Shown here: positions 60,423 to 64,000 of the stretch, piece after piece
Position numbering within the stretch: position 1 is the stretch's first letter
Layout of the letters: every line of letters starts with the position of its first letter
Assembly (NCBI GenBank): GCA_002269645.1
Contig: NIVC01001887.1
Location: 1-64,000, forward strand
Source of the DNA: Macrostomum lignano
Taxonomy: Eukaryota
Direction: 5' to 3'
DNA: 64,000 nt
Program-made: the position numbers and the translations under genes
The notes under the pieces: model-generated
Database searches by the model: none
What the model saw: only the letters and a program-made list of their open reading frames with translations
Told to the model about the DNA's origin: nothing

Positions 60423-63217
60423 TCACTTGGCGCTGGCGGGAACCTTGGGCAGCCCGAACTCATCCAGCTGCTGGTCTGAGGACTGCAATGCGAAGGAAAG
60501 ATTGTAACGAATGGTTCCAATGCGAGCATCTAGAACTTTGGTAGGCACATAGATTGCGAGGTGAATATGCAGGTAGGCAGAGATTGGAAGGTGAATTTGC
60601 AGGTAGGCAGGTAGATTGGAAGGTGAGTATGCAGGTAGACAGGTAGATTGGAAGGTGAATTTGCAGGTAGACAGGTAGATTGGAAGGTGAGTATGCAGGT
60701 AGACAGGTAGATTGGAAGGTGAATATGCAGGTAGGCAGAGATTGGAAGGTGAATATGCAGGTAGACAGGTAGATTGGAAGGTGAGTATGCAGGTAGACAG
60801 GTAGATTGGAAGGTGAAAATGCAGGTAGGCAGAGATTGGAAGGTGAATATGCAGGTAGACAGGTAGATTGGAAGGTGAGTATGCAGGTAGACAGGTAGAT
60901 TGGAAGGTGAGTATGCAGGTAGACAGGTAGATTGGAAGGTGAATTTGCAGGTAGACAGGTAGATTGGAAGGTGAGTATGCAGGTAGACAGGTAGATTGGA
61001 AGGTGAATATGCAGGTAGGCAGAGATTGGAAGGTGAATATACAGGTAGACAGGTAGATTGGAAGGTGAGTATGCAGGTAGACAGGTAGATTGGAAGGTGA
61101 GTATGCAGGTAGACAGGTAGATTGGAAGGTGAGTATGCAGGTAGACAGGTAGATTGGAAGGTGAATTTGCAGGTAGACAGGTAGATTGGAAGGTGAATTT
61201 GCAGGTAGACAGGTAGATTGGAAGGTGAATTTGCAGGTAGACAGGTAGATTGGAAGGTGAATATGCAGGTAGGCAGAGATTGGAAGGTGAATATGCAGGT
61301 AGACAGGTAGATTGGAAGGTGAGTATGCAGGTAGACAGGTAGATTGGAAGGTGAAAATGCAGGTAGACAGGTAGATTGGAAGGTGAATATGCAGGTAGAC
61401 AGGTAGATTGGAAGGTGAATATGCACATTTAAGTACTCTAGACAAGCAGATATGCAGGTTGGAAGGCAACTCACAGCGGGCGCCGATGCGGGCGCGCTGT
61501 CAGCGCCGGGCACTCGGCTCGGCACGCCAGGCGCACTGAGCGCCTCGTCCAGGTAAGACTGCCCGCCGATGTCCTCGGCGCCGAGGGCGTCCAGCTCGGC
61601 CTCCAGATCGGACTCGTCCACATCGGGCATGCCGTAGCTGCGGCCCATGATCTCGTTGATTTCGTTGGACTGATCAACAAAGCTTTCGAGATCGTCCTGA
61701 ATTGTTGTCAGTGGTTAATGCCAATCGTGAGTCGGGAATCGGCCATAAACTGAATCAAAATCAGCCATAAACTGTCGGGAATCAGCCATAAACTGAGTCA
61801 GGAATCAGCCATAAACTGAATCAAAATCAGCCATAAACTGTCGGGAATCAGCCATAAACTGAGTCAGGAATCAGCCATAAACTGAATCAAAATCAGCCAT
61901 AAACTGTCGGGAATCAGCCATAAACTGAGTCAGGAATCAGCCATAAACTGAATCAAAATCAACCATAAACTGAGCCAGAATCAGTCATAAACTGAGTCAG
62001 GAATCAGTCATAAACTGAGTCAGGAATCAGTCATAAACTGAGTCAGGAGTCAGTCATAAACTGAGTCAGGAATCAGTCATAAACTGAGTCAGGAATCAGT
62101 CATAAACTGAGTCAGGAGTCAGTCATAAACTGAGTCAGGAATCAGTCATAAACTGAGTCAGGAATCAGTCATAAACTGAGTCAGGAATCAGTCATAAACT
62201 GAGTCAGGAATCAGTCATAAACTGAGTCAGGAGTCAGTCATAAACTGAGTCAGGAGTCAGTCATAAACTGAGTCGGGAATCGGCCATAAACTGAGTCGGA
62301 ATCAGCCATAAACTGAGCCAAAATCAGCCATAAACTGAGCCAGAATCAGCCATAAACTGAGCCAGAATCAGCCATAAACTGAGCCAGAAAATCAGCCATA
62401 AACTGAGCCAGAATCAGCAATAAACTGAGCTGGCAACCAGCCATAAACTGAGCCAGAATCAGCCATGAACTGAGCCAGAATCAGCCATAAACTGAGCCAG
62501 AATCAGCCATAAAATGAGCCAGAATCAGCCATAAACTGAGCCAGAATCAGCCATAAAATGAGCCAGAATCAGCCATAAACTGAGCCAGAATCAGCCATAA
62601 ACTGAGCCAGAAAATCAGCCATAAACTGAGCCAGAATCAGCAATAAACTGAGCTGGCAACCAGCCATAAACTGAGCCAGAATCAGCCATGAACTGAGCCA
62701 GAATCAGCCATAAACTGAGCCAGAATCAGCCATAAAATGAGCCAGAATCAGCCATAAACTGAGCCAGAATCAGCCATAAAATGAGCCAGAATCAGCCATA
62801 TACTGAGCCAGAATCAGCCATATACTGAGCCAGAATCAGCCATATACTGAGCCAGAATCAGCCATAAGCTTAGGTCTTTGGCTATGCTACCTGCAGGTCC
62901 TCAATTTTGTCCAAGTTGACTCCGCGGTAGCTCTTCTTGAACTCCTTGACCCCGCCTCGCATAGCTTCCACTGTGGTTTTTGTATCCTTGACTGTCTGTA
63001 TAGCGAAATTAGTCTGCTCCAAGTTGAAGCCCTGCTGCATCAGCTGCTCCCGCTGCTGCTCATAGCTTCGTTTCTGTTTGAGCACTCGCAGCGCCTTCTG
63101 CTTAACAAGATTCTTGGACGGGCCGTCGCGCATTTTGGCCATCTGTTCGCGATAGCCAGAGAGCTCCTGATCCAGCTTGGCGATCTTCTTCTCTATGGAC
63201 TCGCCCCGGCTGTCAAT
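60423..63217 (-). CDS. CHMP5: ESCRT-III subunit CHMP5/Vps60; exons 63217-62891, 61696-61475, 60482-60423; first coding exon not found in the window
   Basis: [19 protein letters not shown]...[27 protein letters not shown]...DKIEDLQ|[38 protein letters not shown]...|[10 protein letters not shown]; phase-0 GT/AG junctions. Confidence 0.95.
60558..61425. repeat. Intronic minisatellite, 32-bp unit GCAGGTAGACAGGTAGATTGGAAGGTGA(G/A)TAT with 27-bp deletion variants
   Basis: Tandem copies fill the CHMP5 intron 60483-61474. Confidence 0.96.
61735..62868. repeat. Intronic minisatellite, 22/23-bp unit AATCAG(C/T)CATAAACTGAG(C/T)CAG(G)
   Basis: Tandem copies fill the CHMP5 intron 61697-62890. Confidence 0.96.
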
Positions 63218-63403
63218 CTGGGTAAAAAAATTTAAAAAAATGGTTTAAGTACAAGATCATAGAAAGGGATAAATAGCTTTATTAATCTAATATATATAGC
63301 TTTTCTTAGCTATAGGCCTATTATATAAAGAAGCCATATTACATGTTATAACTTTAATAATTTTTTTGTACAAAGCTATTATTAGTAATAAATATGCTAA
63401 AAT

Positions 63404-64000
63404 CCATAGTCAGGATCATGGCACGCCTACGCCAAAACTAGTGATGGATCCGAATATTTGGATTTGGAATCCGAATTCAAAAAAATGTGTCACTTTTTTA
63501 GAAATACAAATGTTTCAGATTTGAAGTTTTTTCCAAATGTGCTTCCAAATATGAAAAAATCAAGAAACCTAAACAAATTCAGGTTTGTAAAAGAAATAAA
63601 ACTTTTGAAATAAGAAAGTATATTAAAAAAAACAAAAACACAAGAATCAGTAATTTCCATTTGAAAAATACCAGTAAAACATATTTGAATCTGTTTCATA
63701 AAAAATGCAATGTTGATATAGGTTTGAATTAAAAAAAGATATTAATACATTTGCAAACAAAAAAGAGCAATCCTTTGGTTTACAATCACCTATTTTGCCA
63801 GTTTTGGTTTGCAATCACCTTCTATTCTGCTAGTTTTGGTTTGCAATCACCTTCTATTCTGCTAGTTTTGGTTTACGATCACCTTCTATTTTGCATACTC
63901 ATTGCAGCACAAAAATGGTATGTTCAAAACTGGCTGACAAAAAATATGCAAAATTGAAAGTGCAGGAGCAGGATGATGCTTTATATATTAGCTTTGGTAT
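63404..64000. mobile_element. Left part of another element of the CCATAG...GGATCATG TIR / GTTTACAATCACC sub-repeat family, in the CHMP5 intron
   Basis: CCATAGTCAGGATCATG at 63404. 63775-63935 is the reverse complement of 40840-40950 (same sub-repeats and the GTTTTGAAC..CCATTTTTG..TGCA motif). Confidence 0.65.

Noticed and set aside
60423-61469. 348-, 322- and 372-aa ORFs with YLHIHLP/STCLPAY repeats
   Set aside because: Read-through of the CHMP5 intronic 32-bp array; only the terminal portions correspond to real CHMP5 exons.

Overview
Eukaryotic (animal) genomic DNA: GC-rich exons separated by about 30 unrelated minisatellite arrays. This resembles the flatworm Macrostomum, but that is inferred from sequence style only, not identified. 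Eight protein-coding genes are supported. On the minus strand: an intronless LRR transmembrane protein without a TIR domain, a divergent intronless alpha-tubulin, WASHC3/CCDC53, an F-BAR + RhoGAP protein of the ARHGAP45/ARHGAP29/GMIP family, a PHF12-like PHD+FHA gene with no visible start, and CHMP5/Vps60 (first exon not found in the window). On the plus strand: SGTA and sphingosine kinase. An AT-rich island (about 37.8-45.4 kb) holds a ~2 kb foldback palindrome, a 504-bp MITE with an 8-bp TSD, many TAGGCCTA palindromes, and the AT-rich first coding exon of the otherwise GC-rich SGTA gene. A similar AT-rich zone with the same element family starts in the CHMP5 intron at the window end. A tRNA/CORE-type SINE lies at ~1.5-1.75 kb. 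Most long ORFs in the supplied track are stop-free readings of minisatellites and were rejected. Exon boundaries were read by eye from GT/AG sites and frame continuity; no database search was run.
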